64,000 nt of DNA from Iphione sp. A-MEVVRFRX5 (Eukaryota), in assembly GCA_976226885.1 (NCBI GenBank), contig OZ320314.1, positions 61,132,001 to 61,196,000 of the forward strand, given 5' to 3'. The translations under genes and the position numbers were made by a program. Within the stretch, counting starts at the first letter, position 1; every line of letters begins with the position of its first letter. This document shows, one piece after another, positions 51,301 to 64,000 of this stretch. The notes under the pieces are model-generated. The model saw nothing but the letters and a program-made list of their open reading frames with translations. It ran no database searches and was not told the DNA's origin.

Positions 51301-52475
51301 TTAATGGATCTATTAAAATCCTATTTAGTTTCCTGTTTCAGTGAAAATTGCCTCATTAATTTTTCAATCGGATTCCTGGTGTAGCATACCCTAGATTACA
51401 GCCCCATACCCCCCACATATTGCTGCGCCTTGGTATGACTCGGCACGTTGAATTATTAGAAGCTAGCCTCCCCGGCATGGTATCGGCCCCACGCAGGGCA
51501 CCGAGGTTTTTTTCCTTCGCTTTTAAGAATTGCTACATCAACGGTGCACGAGGGGAGTTCCCACCTCTCGTGAGGCGTATCGACTCACCGTTGTGAGGCT
51601 GCTTGCCTGCGCTGTCGTGCTTCCCCCCGTTTAAAGTAAGCTTATCATGTGGCGTGTGGCATGCTCCAGGTATAGGTAAGGGATAGTTTAGTGGGCGTAT
51701 AGATGGTATGGCTTCATTCCTTGCCATCCCTCTGTTATGAAGAATTACACTGGTCTGACGAGTTCGAGGCGTCAAATGTAACCTTGCCACTGTCTTCCCT
51801 GAGGATAGTGTTCTAATGAGATTTTCATCCTGTCCATGGCAAGTCGATCAGCCTTGCGATGTTTTCGCGCATGTTTAATTGGCTTTTTGATGAAATGCAT
51901 GCAGTTCCTAAGTATTCCTTGATATGTAACCGGCTTGTCAATATTAGCATGAGAAATCTTTCAGTGCGTTTGTTTCAGCCGTTGCAGCAGTGCCTACCAA
52001 TGGGAACGCACCAAAGATCTTCACCTAGTGACATTTTTTTACCCCTTCCTGTCGATAAACATTGCTTTCTCTTAGAGAAATGCCAATTCGTGTAAAATTT
52101 CTCATTGCATCTTAAAGTACACCTCTAACTTTGTGAACAGAACTATTTGTTTGACCACGTCTTGAAATGAGTGCGCGAAAGAGGAAAAAGGAGGGACAGA
52201 CAGGCACGCAGGCAGGCAGAAAGAGATTGTTTATGGGTTTGTGCCAAATACGCTCGAATTCATCCATTTTCAAATACCTTTGCTCAGTTTATAAATATAC
52301 AGTGTTTATCAGTAGTTCAGCGAGAAAAGTGAGAGACTGAGTGAGTCAGAGAGAGAGAGAGAGTAAGGCCAGCTTTCCATGCATCGAGAGATTTTTCCGC
52401 ACAGCGTAGTCCATCTGGAAATTCGGTCAATTTTCTGGCATCTCTGGACAGGTGCTTTCCATGTATACGGAAAAT

Positions 52476-52526
<51 letters not shown>

Positions 52527-52535
52527 GACAGAGAC
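52476..52535. repeat. Compound (GA)n(GACA)n microsatellite
   Basis: Directly visible. Confidence 0.95.
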
Positions 52536-52545
52536 TACTCATTGT

Positions 52546-52749
52546 TTGGAAGGAATTCTGCCTGAATCTGTGTAAATATCAAGTTTTTGTGCAGATCGGA
52601 AGGAATTCTACCCAAATCTGTGTAAATGACAAGTTTTCTGTGTGGATCAGAAGGAATTCTGCCCGAAGCTGTGTAAATGACAATTTTTCTGTGCAGATTG
52701 GAAGGAATTCTGCCCGAATCTGTGTAAATGGCAGTTATTTTATGCAGAT
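52546..52749. repeat. 50-51-bp minisatellite, 4 copies
   Basis: Consensus ggaaggaattctgcccgaatctgtgtaaatgacaagttttctgtgcagatt; units at ~52548, 52598, 52649, 52700. Confidence 0.92.
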
Positions 52750-55700
52750 GATATGCAAATTATTAAATATTCCACATAATCTATCATGTGATAGACAGTG
52801 TCTATCACGTTGAAAAGGCTCATTTCTCTATTCAAGTGGTCTGTATGGGCCTCTGTGCTCCGGAATCAGGAGAAATTTATGGCCCAGGGCCATTTTCAGC
52901 CTCCGGACCACGGACCACGGAACTGTATACATGGGAACACTTCAGTTGTGAGCAATAGAATTGTTTTTTTCTGGAGCACAGACTATACGTTCTCCGGAGT
53001 TAATTTCTGGGTGCATAGAAAGCTGGCCTAAGGGAGGGAGAGAGAGGGAGAGGTGACGAGTCATTATTACACATCTGCATTTACTCGCCCTAGGGAATGA
53101 AATTCAGGTTTTACTTAGAAATGTAAATTTCTCTGCCTATGACACTTGCAGTACATACAATCGCAAGCACTGCTTGTTCCTTTCATACTCTATAAATCAC
53201 GGACACGCATACAGGGATCTGTTCTTGTGCTCAGCCACGGGCCAGGAATTTCATATACCGACAGAGGTACAGGTACGGCGCCTTCTGATCCTTGGTTTGG
53301 TTTCAGATCCGATTTTGCGTGATAGCCCGTACTTTCCCATTTTTGTTATCCTGCTTTTGGTGAAATGGAAATTTGGGAATGTCTTTGTTTAACCCTCCAT
53401 CGCCACTTTGTGTATACGTATACATGTATCCTGTTTAAGGGCAAGAGACCTCGAGTTGTTGAATTCATGCAGAATGTACCTCTGCGTTGGCTTTTGAAGC
53501 TGGTTCATTTTAACACGCTAGTTACAGATTGTCCGTGCGCATCTCTACATTGAGACTACTGCTACATTGGCAGTGCCGTTCAGCTTGTTAACTTAGCCTT
53601 TACACATGTGCACATCTATTAACATTTATGTATATATGTATTAACATTTATGTATTCTTATGTGTGCAAAGCTATAGATATGATACGACAATGTGTGTGC
53701 TTTTGTAAAATATCTTGCTAGATACATGTAAATCAAAACCAGAGCTTCTTGTATCCATCGTATCCAGGACTCGTATGAATTATAAAAACCAGAGCTTCAG
53801 TAAAATTCACTGTTTCTCGTTACAGTTCTATATATAGTATAATGAGAGCAGTGCATAAAAATAAGAGAAAGCTGTTGTAGTATGGTAATACATGGAGAGA
53901 TAGGAATACGTGTCCACAGGTTTGTATAGCTTAAGGCTGAGTTTCCATGTGCTCCCTATGCACATGAGGGGTGTAAGCATACCATAAACATCTTTTTTTT
54001 GGGGGGAATACAAGTATATACACAAATGTTTCCATGTCAGTGTGGGATGTGCAGTGTGTCATATGTCCACATGCTCCATGTTTGAAGAGTGGGAATTGTC
54101 CCATTCTGCCATGAAAGTGAGGCATGTTTGGCATGTGTTTTTTTGAAAGAATTGTTAACAGATGTGTAAAATGAAAAACACAATGAGTACATGTGTTACA
54201 GCATGTATACAGCAGTTATCTGATTAACAGAGGATTAAGGAAAAATACAAACCAGCACAGCTACACAGAGATACGTACACATGGACACCCAGCCTAACTG
54301 CGTGAGGCCATCAAGCTCAGAGCTATACTTAGTGGATATAGGACTGAGAATTGTTATGCGTTTTCGTACAGTTTGAGTTTTTTCTGTTCTGGGTGCCTGA
54401 TAAAATCAAAACGGAGCCATGCAAGCAGATGATATATTCATAGATATAGCCAGCAGCGATTACTGAGTGCAACTTCTAGAAAAAAAATACATATCCGATT
54501 TATATCTAAAGTTACGCCGTATAGTTTTTCCCTTTTTGTGTGTTTTAGACTCAAGAATATACTTAGAAAATATACTTCCCTCTATTTTAGTAGATAGATT
54601 AAATTCAATTCCATTCAAAGAATTTATTCTGATCATCGCCCTTAAGAAGACGTTTTTCATGATACAGAGCAACAGGAAACATTTTACAAAATACACTCTT
54701 TGTCTTGGATATTATCCATCACTAACATAGTTAACATACTTAAGTTAAACTGTTACAAGGGGGATTTTTACATTAATAATCAAAACTACTCATTACTTTT
54801 ATTCGTGCAATCTGCTTAAATTCTTCATTATAACCTGAGCTTCTGAGCATTACATCCAGGTTGTTCCACTTATAATAAATGGATTGTTTTACTTTACAAA
54901 TTTTACAAATTTTAGCTATGACTGGGCCGACATCATTTCTTATAACCTGATTGGCTTTTAAGGGTAACAGCTCATAGGAAACCATGTTTTGGACCAAACA
55001 CAACTGAAAATAATATCTTCTCCGATATTTGCTCTCAATTAAGTACTGAGAATGTAACTCTTTTACCAGTTTTCGCTTTCCATTGGATACCATTTGTTTC
55101 ATGTCAACAAGAGCCACAGATTAAGCGGCGACATACTTCTAAACTGTCCACACTCCATGTGTATTTCATCAAGCCATAATTCTTGTATCATACTCTCCCT
55201 ATGCCCAAGTTATGTAAGTAGTACAGCACTGGGGGCAATTGAGGATGGTCTAATTGATCAGATTTAGCAAGTAATCCTGCGCTTTCTGTTGAGTGTTCCT
55301 CGTCGCATTCACCAAGGTCATGTCCGGCCATCTGTCTTATGCAAGCCGAAACGAAAATAGGGCGTGTTCCTATTACCCTTGGATTGTCTTTGGGGAAATA
55401 TGCTGGATGATACATTTATGAAGGGAGAGTAATTTCTTAGATAAAATTAATGTGACCACAGTAGCTCTTACCAACAGACGATTCACTAAACCACGAAAGA
55501 CTATACGAGTTGTGTATAGAATTTCGAGGTTGACTCGGGTGACTGCCCATGGGACCGTAGTACCCACCCCTGAAAGGTTACTTTATGACGTCTACATTGC
55601 CCATATGTGCCCCCTTCCTTCCATTAGGAAGTTTATATTCCCCCAGTTTCGTCACCTGCCTTAGTTTTATTTCACCAATCACCTTGTCTGCGCTAATCGT

Positions 55701-58700
55701 TAACTAAGAATGATGGATAATGTTTTAACATTGATACTCCGATCGAATGCACGAAATGTAAGAAACGCGCTATAAAATGATAATTGTGCTGGTTCTTTTT
55801 CCCATGTAACCTGCAGACAGCTCGCGCAGAAATTATGGCCGCAGTAATAAGGTGATATTGCAAATGACGATCGATGCATCTTACCATCTACGCTCCGTGC
55901 TTACTGTCTGTAGTTATGACGAGTAAAGAGTTGCTCGGAGCGGATGGGAGCAATTAGCGAGCTGTGTGACGGGAGGTGTCAACAGCACCGTCGGCTTACG
56001 AGTCTGCATGCGCTCGGTCCGGCGGCGAAGGTGTTAAGCTGAAGGCCCATCTGTTAGCTCTCGTCTATCTGCCAGATAAGACACGGCCCTGTTTCGTGCG
56101 GACCCAGCACATACGCAAAGAAGGGTGGACTGAGATGAGGGATGCTGGACGGAGGGAGGGGCTCAACAGGTTGATGCGTGGCTGTCATAAGAAACCATCC
56201 TATGAGCAAGGCGTGGATGTCAAAGTGTGTAGCTCTCTTCGGCGAACGCAAGCTGAAAACTGGACCCTGAATGGTCATATTGGGTAAAGTGGCCCCACAT
56301 ATCGCGATAACCTCATCGGCGCCCAAGAGAAATAAATTTTATTGGCTTCGCTCTATAAACGAAAGCTGACAGTCGTAGATGGCAGTGGATCGGAGTGCAC
56401 GAAGAGAGAGACCGGACGTAATAAGCCGGGGCCTTCATATGTGTCCCTGATGTAGCGGAGATGAAATACCTTTCAGAGTGCATCTATTTCTGTCATATTC
56501 TTTGCCTGTCGTAGCCTTCTTCGGGGCTTTGTTAACCACCCACGGCTATAACCACCATGGCGGTTCGGCGCCACTGTACACCGGCATTAGGCGAGGCAGG
56601 ATGCTGATCGGACAGGTATCATCCTGTTGGACACCTGCCCCTTGATGTTGTGAAGGGCAGTGTCACTGTTCGGTATGTCTTATACCTCACGACTCGAACC
56701 TGCACGGGAAGGTCTTTACACGAATATCTAGAGGAAGTAATCATGCCTCTGTCATTTGTGTGATATGTTATCGTGTGATTTTGCCATTTGGTGAGTGTTC
56801 ATTGTAACATATCGTAAGGTGACTCCAACATCCGGCTATCACAGTACACGACCTCTTCCTCCGCAGCAACGCAGAGTGGGCGGATGGACGACACCCGGTG
56901 TTCTCTGCTGCGAGTATCAAGTTGCCAATGGTATTACTGTGTCGGTCGATGTAAATGTACGTCATGTAGCCATTTGTGACGTGTTCCATGGTCAGATTTT
57001 CCCATTGTCTCGCGCAGGTATCTCAGCGGCCTCTCACTTAACATCCTGGCCCATGGACCAGATACGGCAACCCTTCCAGCACGTCATTAGCCGCACGTAG
57101 AGGTGTCCATTTTGTGATGACAGGGGCAAATTGCCTTGCCAGGTCAAGGCGGTGCTCAGCGTGGCTGAAGGCTGTTTAATGGTACCTGGGCTGGAAGCCT
57201 TTACGCTTTACGCTCGAACTGTCAAATGTGGTTTGCGTTCTTTGATATTTTCGGGTGCGGCTCTCATTCGAAGCCTTCGGAAATAGGTTTTGATTAATAT
57301 TTTTTTCTGTACTATACGTGTGAAGCTGGGAGAAGTAGCCAAACGAAGATAGAATTTAGATTTACATGCATACACATTTGAAGACGAGAGCGAAATACCA
57401 TTAGGTGAGCAATTAATCCAGCGCAGCATGCGAGGTGCCGTCGCCAGCGTATTATCACAGTGAGCGCATGCCGTATAGTAATGTCATTTCAATGTGAAAG
57501 CAGCCCCTTGGAGAGAACTACGTGTGTTATTCTTCTCATCGACGAGGAAGGCTACCACCCGCACGGCTTTAGCCTGGCTGTGTTTGTCTACCTGTCTTCT
57601 TGGTTTGCGATGGTTGCTCAGTGTGTGGCCTCAATACAGTAAAGACCGCCTAGTCTGAAACTGTGCAAGACTTCCCTCCAAATTGTTCATGGGTATGGTT
57701 GTTTGAGGTCGGCATTAAGACCATTGATTATTTGATTTTTCCCGCCGCTTGCCTCAAGCAGGTGCACTTTTCTACATGATTGTTAATCACATTAGATCTA
57801 CTGGTACACATCATATCGATTTAAAAAACGCAGAAAGCCTTTCAAAATCTTTTCATCATTCTGGTCACATCCCCAGTGGAAATAATGGTTTTCAGGATCA
57901 TACTGTAAAGCGTGGAAGAGCTGGAACCAAAATAGAATAATTTGGGAAATTTAACTCGGAACAGGCCGAGCTCTTATTGTCGGTTGATATCTGCTAACAT
58001 GCACTAGTTGCTGCGTACGGTGTTATAATTACCTTTCTCGGATATCCATACAAATCAAATACTTATATTCTATTGTAGTCTAGGAGTGATCCATCTGGAA
58101 AGATCCAGGATGCTAAATGTTGATTGATACTGATAAGCTGAAAGTAATCAATCCCATAACAGCTAGATAGCATGACAAATTTATCATTGTTTTGAAGTTT
58201 AAGGCCCTTGTTCCATGCATCTATCGTGCATGCATGCAGCCTTCATACGTGCAGGGATATTGAGTATCTTGAGAAGCACCTTTGCATGCCCTAGCCTCGC
58301 ATTACTTAGCATTTCAATCTTGCAGATTTATGTGTATACGGTGCAAGGGGATCTGTGTTGTGTTCTTCGAAATGTACAATGACCACACATTTTCTACATT
58401 CACACACTGCACGAACCGGTAGCTTAGGGAAGCAGTGTACTGAGACATAGGATCGCTGAGAACTGTATAGCAACACAAGTAGGAAGATATGTAGAGTCAG
58501 CTAAATTTGTATGTCATATGTAGTAAAAAGGCATGTACACTTTAATTTAGACAGGATTGGGGGATCACTGGGCGAATGAAAACACCATTACTACGCTTTA
58601 TGTTTACTGTTTTCTAAGACAGTGTCTTGAAATACAGCAAGACGATTGGTGGATCCTCTATTGTGATGTCACAACTAGTAAAAAAATACCCATTTTAACG

Positions 58701-61700
58701 GTGTCTGGCAATCACTCAATTGGCACAGTTCCCAAGGGATCTGCACAAAAATCACCCAATTTACACATACAATGTATTAGGCGTCATTTCCAAGATACTA
58801 GCCAAAACCTACATGGCATAATAAGCAGCAGCAGTAAAAGAAAGAATATACAGACCCATGGAATCACCCCTGTCAGGAATGTCCTGGAAGAGATCTTAAA
58901 TAACCAAGTTTCTCAGATGCTTCCTGCAAGCATGCACCAAAATTCCTTTCATTCATCTACCTAAAGCTAAATGTATTACCATGGTCAACGCACTTTAATA
59001 ACAATTTGGGCAAGCGATCTTTTTATTGGCCCTTCGAGATGGATGAAAGGGTCAGTGGGGTGGTCTGGACACTGCCCATCCTAAGAAACACTAGGAGTGA
59101 AGGGGGAGGGAAAGAAGCACCAGAAGGGTTAATTCTTAGGCATTAGCTCACTATTCAGGGCTAGTCAGCCTGTGGCATTCTAATAGAGAAGTATGGAGCT
59201 GTGCCTTTGTAGAGTATCTGCAGATGGATGCCCCCTTTGTACTTGACCACACAGAGGCCTTTTAGCCAGAATAAATAGAGCGTCAACCAACAGGTCATCT
59301 CCATTCATATTTACCCGTATGGTCTTTCGGCAACATAACACATTTTATCCCAGTGGCTACATGTCTCTGTCTCTTCCCCTATATTCTCCATCATCACGAG
59401 AAAAACATTCTTTTAAGCCAATCCCAATAATTTAAACGGTCGATGGGCTCCCAGATAAGATACAAAGGGTTTGATACACTCTAGTGGTTGTTGCGGACAG
59501 GAGAGAAAGTTTCGAAGATTGGATTAGTTCCCGTAGGGTTGAGTGCTACTGTCTGAGAAACGTCAATGCAATGTCGGTATCTTTACGGACGGTTAGTCTG
59601 TGTTAGGCATCAACCATCTACCCATTCATCCACGGTTACATTCACGCCCTCTCCTCCTGTCCATACCTTCTCAATGCTTCTCTGACCCGTGTTTTCTTTT
59701 GTATGTTCACTGAGCATAGACTTTTTCAATCAGAGATAACCGATAGTTTTTTTTCTTCCTCTTAGGCTATTGTCTGTCTGGCCGACACGTTGTTAGATGC
59801 TTTCCTCAGAGAACACATAGGAAAGTGAGAATTCTAGAATATTTTTAACGAATATATCTGAGGTCTCGCAGAGCGATTATTTCGTCTCATTTATCAGGTC
59901 GATACTTCCCGCACGCTAGTGTCTGAATATCATCCTTAAAAACTCCGAAGCTTCGATAAGCTTTCGCACCATACACTTGAAGAGTTGACTCCGGAATGCT
60001 TTTAGCTGTTCCCTGCCTCAATAATGCTGAGGTCTATTACAGTACTCGGCACCGGTAGGAGAAAGGTTTCTATTAGTATGGCCGAGGTGTTATCGTCTCA
60101 GGTGCGCCCATATTGATCCATTCAGTATGATGTGGCATAGGTCTCAGGTGAATATTTTCAACTTTTCCACGCTGCTTATAGCCTGTTTCTTACTCTATCG
60201 ACAATCGAACTCCCTCGGTGATTCTTGTTACTTATCTCTATTTTTCCATCATGTTTCTCTACCTTTCTAAATCTGAAAACATTGCGCACAGTGTTTAAGA
60301 TAGATATCAAATTTATGTCAGTTTTTTTCATAAACATCGTTAAATAATACGGAATAAGGGGATACATTCCTGAATCGCACGATACAGAGATATTACTTAT
60401 ATATTTGTCTATAGACATGCACATATACATGTATATACAAGCATATATGATTGTAGTCAAGGTACAGGCAGGTGTAGGATACATGGTCGTGGATTTTCAG
60501 GCAAGCTTGTAGTCATGATCCTGTCGATAGTGCTCTCTGAGAAAGAACCCTTACGAGGGTTCATCAAACCAATGCCAACACAATGCAATGCATGCAAGTA
60601 TGTGCATATAGGAGCGTAACATCATGGAACTAGGTGCCGACATGAATATACGCACCCCACCCAACTACTTTGGTGTCAGACGACCAACTTAATTGACGTC
60701 GATTTCCCTGTCGACAGTGCTAAATGGGGGTGTATGAAAAAAAGGCACCGTGCCAAAATTAAAGAAATGATCGGGTGTACGTCAGACTGATCGAATCTTG
60801 TGACATGGGTCTTCGGTTTGAACCTGCCGGCTACATGTACTCAACCAGGCTGAGATGTATTTTATAGGCGAATGACCTCGAGCATCCCTGGAACGGGGGG
60901 AGCAAAACGCGTCCTGCAGTCACGTGAGCATTCCCTGCTCACTCCCGGCAATGAGCTAAAAGCCAATTGAATCAGTTTTATTCGCACTCCAGCTACTTCT
61001 TACTCCACTCCATTGTGTTCGTGCCCGTTCTGACAGCGGTAGTTGGCATCTCTAACACGAATATCACGTACCAACTACTGAATAATGATGGTAGACGTTT
61101 TGGCCGCACTTGGGCAGCTAGTGTCCAAGGCCCTAATGAGCAGTGTAAATGTTCACAGTCTGTTGGCAATGACGAACCATCGAACGCCGATCCCCATTGT
61201 CCATTAATGTCGATTTGTCCGCCTCTCGGTTTCCCCTTCAAATATGCAGACGTTGCATTACTTGGCCTCCAGGGCCGTTGCAGCTGGTGGCTAAATGGCC
61301 ACTACACACAGTTATGCGGTCGTTCTGTGCCACGCCTGGTCGCCACACCCATCCGTAACAATCGGACGTATGGGATGAACGAGTCGTCTCACAACATCTT
61401 GTGGTATTTTATATTGTTAAGTCCTTCAATATGTCCTCTTCAATTCATACTTTTTATGAAAATTTACTTGCTGATATACATCGGAAATTTTGTGGTGCGT
61501 ATTTGTATAAATAGGCGTTGCCAGCTTCCCATCAAATTTTTGGTTATGCATTCAACCTACAGGTTGCTTGTTCATCGTACATCAGCAGAGATTGTTAGAT
61601 TGACTACGTGGTGTCCCCCACAGTGTCAAGAAAAGTATTAATACAATGATCATCTTATAAGAAGTTCAGGAACGAAATCTCTTTATAACGAAGTTGTCTA

Positions 61701-64000
61701 GATGTGCAGGTTTTGGGCCTGGTGCTACTTTTTCTCTAACTGAAGGAATTCTGATAAAGAAAGGCACCCAGACAAATATGTATCTCTACAAGGCCAAGCG
61801 ATTCATTGAAATAATTTACGTAAAATCAATAAGAGATTACTGCTGGAATTCTGTGCCCCCATGAAGAAGTGATTTTACAAAACGTATCTACTTCGTCAAT
61901 AGAGGTATACCTGCATATGTGTCTTATAACTAGCTACGCCACTGGTGAACACGCAGTATTCACACAGTCTACATTCCATGAAATGATGTCCACTTACCAG
62001 TTCCTGGGCACGTGACTTCATGTCGGGAACTGATGTCCGAAAACGAAAGCACTGCCGGAACATACTGAAGCCAACTTCCCTGGCCCAGCGCCGGACGATA
62101 GAAGCCCCTGTCTCTGACATCCACCATGGAAAGATGCAAGGTCACACAGGTCACGACCTTGCATTGTTGGGGTCTATTGGCTCGTCCGCCACGTCGTTGC
62201 CTGAGCGACCCGGCCACGTGGTCGAAGTCAAGCTCCTTTTTCGGGCGGCGAGTTTCCTGGGATGAGCCGATGCCGGCGATGGAAGGCTGGCATCAAACAA
62301 ATAGGCAAACGGTCGTGCAGAACATGAAGTGACTGCACGGAAAGGACATCCCATTGGCCATCTTAGATCCCACATAAACGACATTCACTTGAATCTGGGG
62401 GATCTAGGGAAACGAGGACATGCAGCCCAGCGGTCGAGGAAATTACAAGATGTGTTCGGGTGTGAGATAACGACTGTACTGGAATGCTATACGGAGAAAT
62501 GTGTATATAACCTTCTCCAGGCCCATCAGTTTGATATCGATCTACAGTGAGAAATCATGCTTGAAGTTATAGATTTATAGTCGTGTGTGTACGATTATCG
62601 TCACTTTTAAACAGCAAAACTATGTATTTGTTCTCTAACCTCGAGGGGGCCTAGGAAGATAACACTGCTGTATAAACATGTGATCATATATCAGGATTTT
62701 GTGGGGTTGTTTGAAATTAGCTTCAATGCCAATACATGTATTATTATGAAATCGGTATACTCCTTACTTTTACATGGACGAATGTGTCTGCCAAGTTTTG
62801 ATCGTAATAAGATTTAACTCGAATAAGGACAAAAAATAAACCTCAATTCATTCCACTTGCTGCCCTTTAATTGACAAATTCCTGTGACTTAGTGATTTTT
62901 CAGTTGTGCCCAGGTGGGGGAACAGGCAGCTTCAGTCCTCCAGTTGTCTTTTAATTGAAAACAAGGGCGTAGACCTGCAAGGTCTAGTGTCCCTCGCCGT
63001 CAAGTGGCAGTCAAACAGACAACATGACTGGGCTTGGCCTGTGGATGTAGGTGTGTGTGTGCTTGTATGCACAAGCCTGTGTATGTTGGGGGGCACTCTC
63101 TCTATACAACCACCTTGATTGATACATTTCATGGTTGGTTGCTTGCAGGGCTGCGGGAGTGGGGGGTAGTGTCTCTCTCTCCAGCTACTTTGATTGGCAC
63201 TTGATGATGCTGGTAGAAGGGGGGGTATTAAGTGTGTGTGTACATGTGAGTGTAATGTCAGACCCAGGAACCCTGAAATAAGGTATGCATGTTGGTGAGT
63301 ATGGTAGCAAAAGAGTAAATTGGCATAATTTCTACCTTTAGAATAATTGAATTACTACCAAAATTACACTGAGTCCTACACCCATATATACATGTATCAT
63401 ATATCAAAATTAATTCATTTGACTGAAGGGCTTTATAAGACCCACAAGGATGTGACAGAAGGTCAGACAGTCAGCCAGCAGTATTTCTGAGGTCTCCACC
63501 CCTGTATGAGGTGGGGAACAAAAAATCACTAATGCACTTCGAGTGTGACGACTATGATGGGATTACTAGTGGTTTAACATTCCTAATTTCTTTGAAGTAT
63601 GCTCTTCATAAGAAGAACATCACACATTATGAAGAGGCAAGAGACAGAACCAGTGCTGTACATCCGTACATCTGAACTTCTCACTACATGTATATGGGCA
63701 AGATTTGGTCAGTCCCATTGCTGTCCGTATCAGAGATATTACACTGTGCAAGATTTCTTTTTGTTAGGATATACAACAGCTATTTCATCCACAGTGCATT
63801 ATTTAGGGACAAATTGGTGTAAACTTAACATGGTTTGATATTTTGGCCTGGCTGCCCTAGAAAAAGTTCGTACATGTATTGAGGATCCTAGTAGTACATG
63901 AAATTTGTAGATTGATTCAGGCTCCACCTTCTCCTATCCTTCTCTTGTCTTTTCCCCTCGTTTTGTCAGTTTACTATCATATTCATTTATGAATCTAGTG

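Noticed and set aside
52589-52813. ORF with 17-aa repeats (IGRNSARICVN...)
   Set aside because: By-product of the 51-bp minisatellite.
56690-56740. B-box-like GGTTCGAGTC on the minus strand
   Set aside because: No A-box or cloverleaf; not called as tRNA or SINE.
60967-61641. 224-aa ORF, the longest outside the DIRS element
   Set aside because: TTG start, no recognisable domain, tail runs through AT-rich non-coding-like sequence.

Overview
AT-rich, repeat-dense animal-type genomic window (probably a marine invertebrate; inference) with a 134-bp N gap and no host gene I can recognise. The main feature is a complete 4,980-bp DIRS-type tyrosine-recombinase retrotransposon at 1777-6756 (+). It has an intact gag, a pol (RT-RNase H-Dam-like methyltransferase), a tyrosine recombinase, non-identical ITRs, a perfectly matching internal complementary region (ICR) and TTA at both ends. 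Most interesting inside it: a canonical -1 frameshift signal (A AAA AAC, 8-nt spacer, 7-bp all-GC stem) in the gag/pol overlap where pol has no upstream ATG; one in-frame TGA in pol and one in the recombinase, both in the identical context TGA-CAG-G despite mutation-free termini; and a nested hairpin/palindrome at the circle junction. The rest is a graveyard of degraded LINEs, Penelope remnants (one with a complete minimal hammerhead ribozyme), Tc1/mariner- and Harbinger-type MITEs, a fresh 43-nt poly(A) retro-insertion, and small tandem repeats and palindromes. All calls are from reading the sequence by eye; no searches were run.
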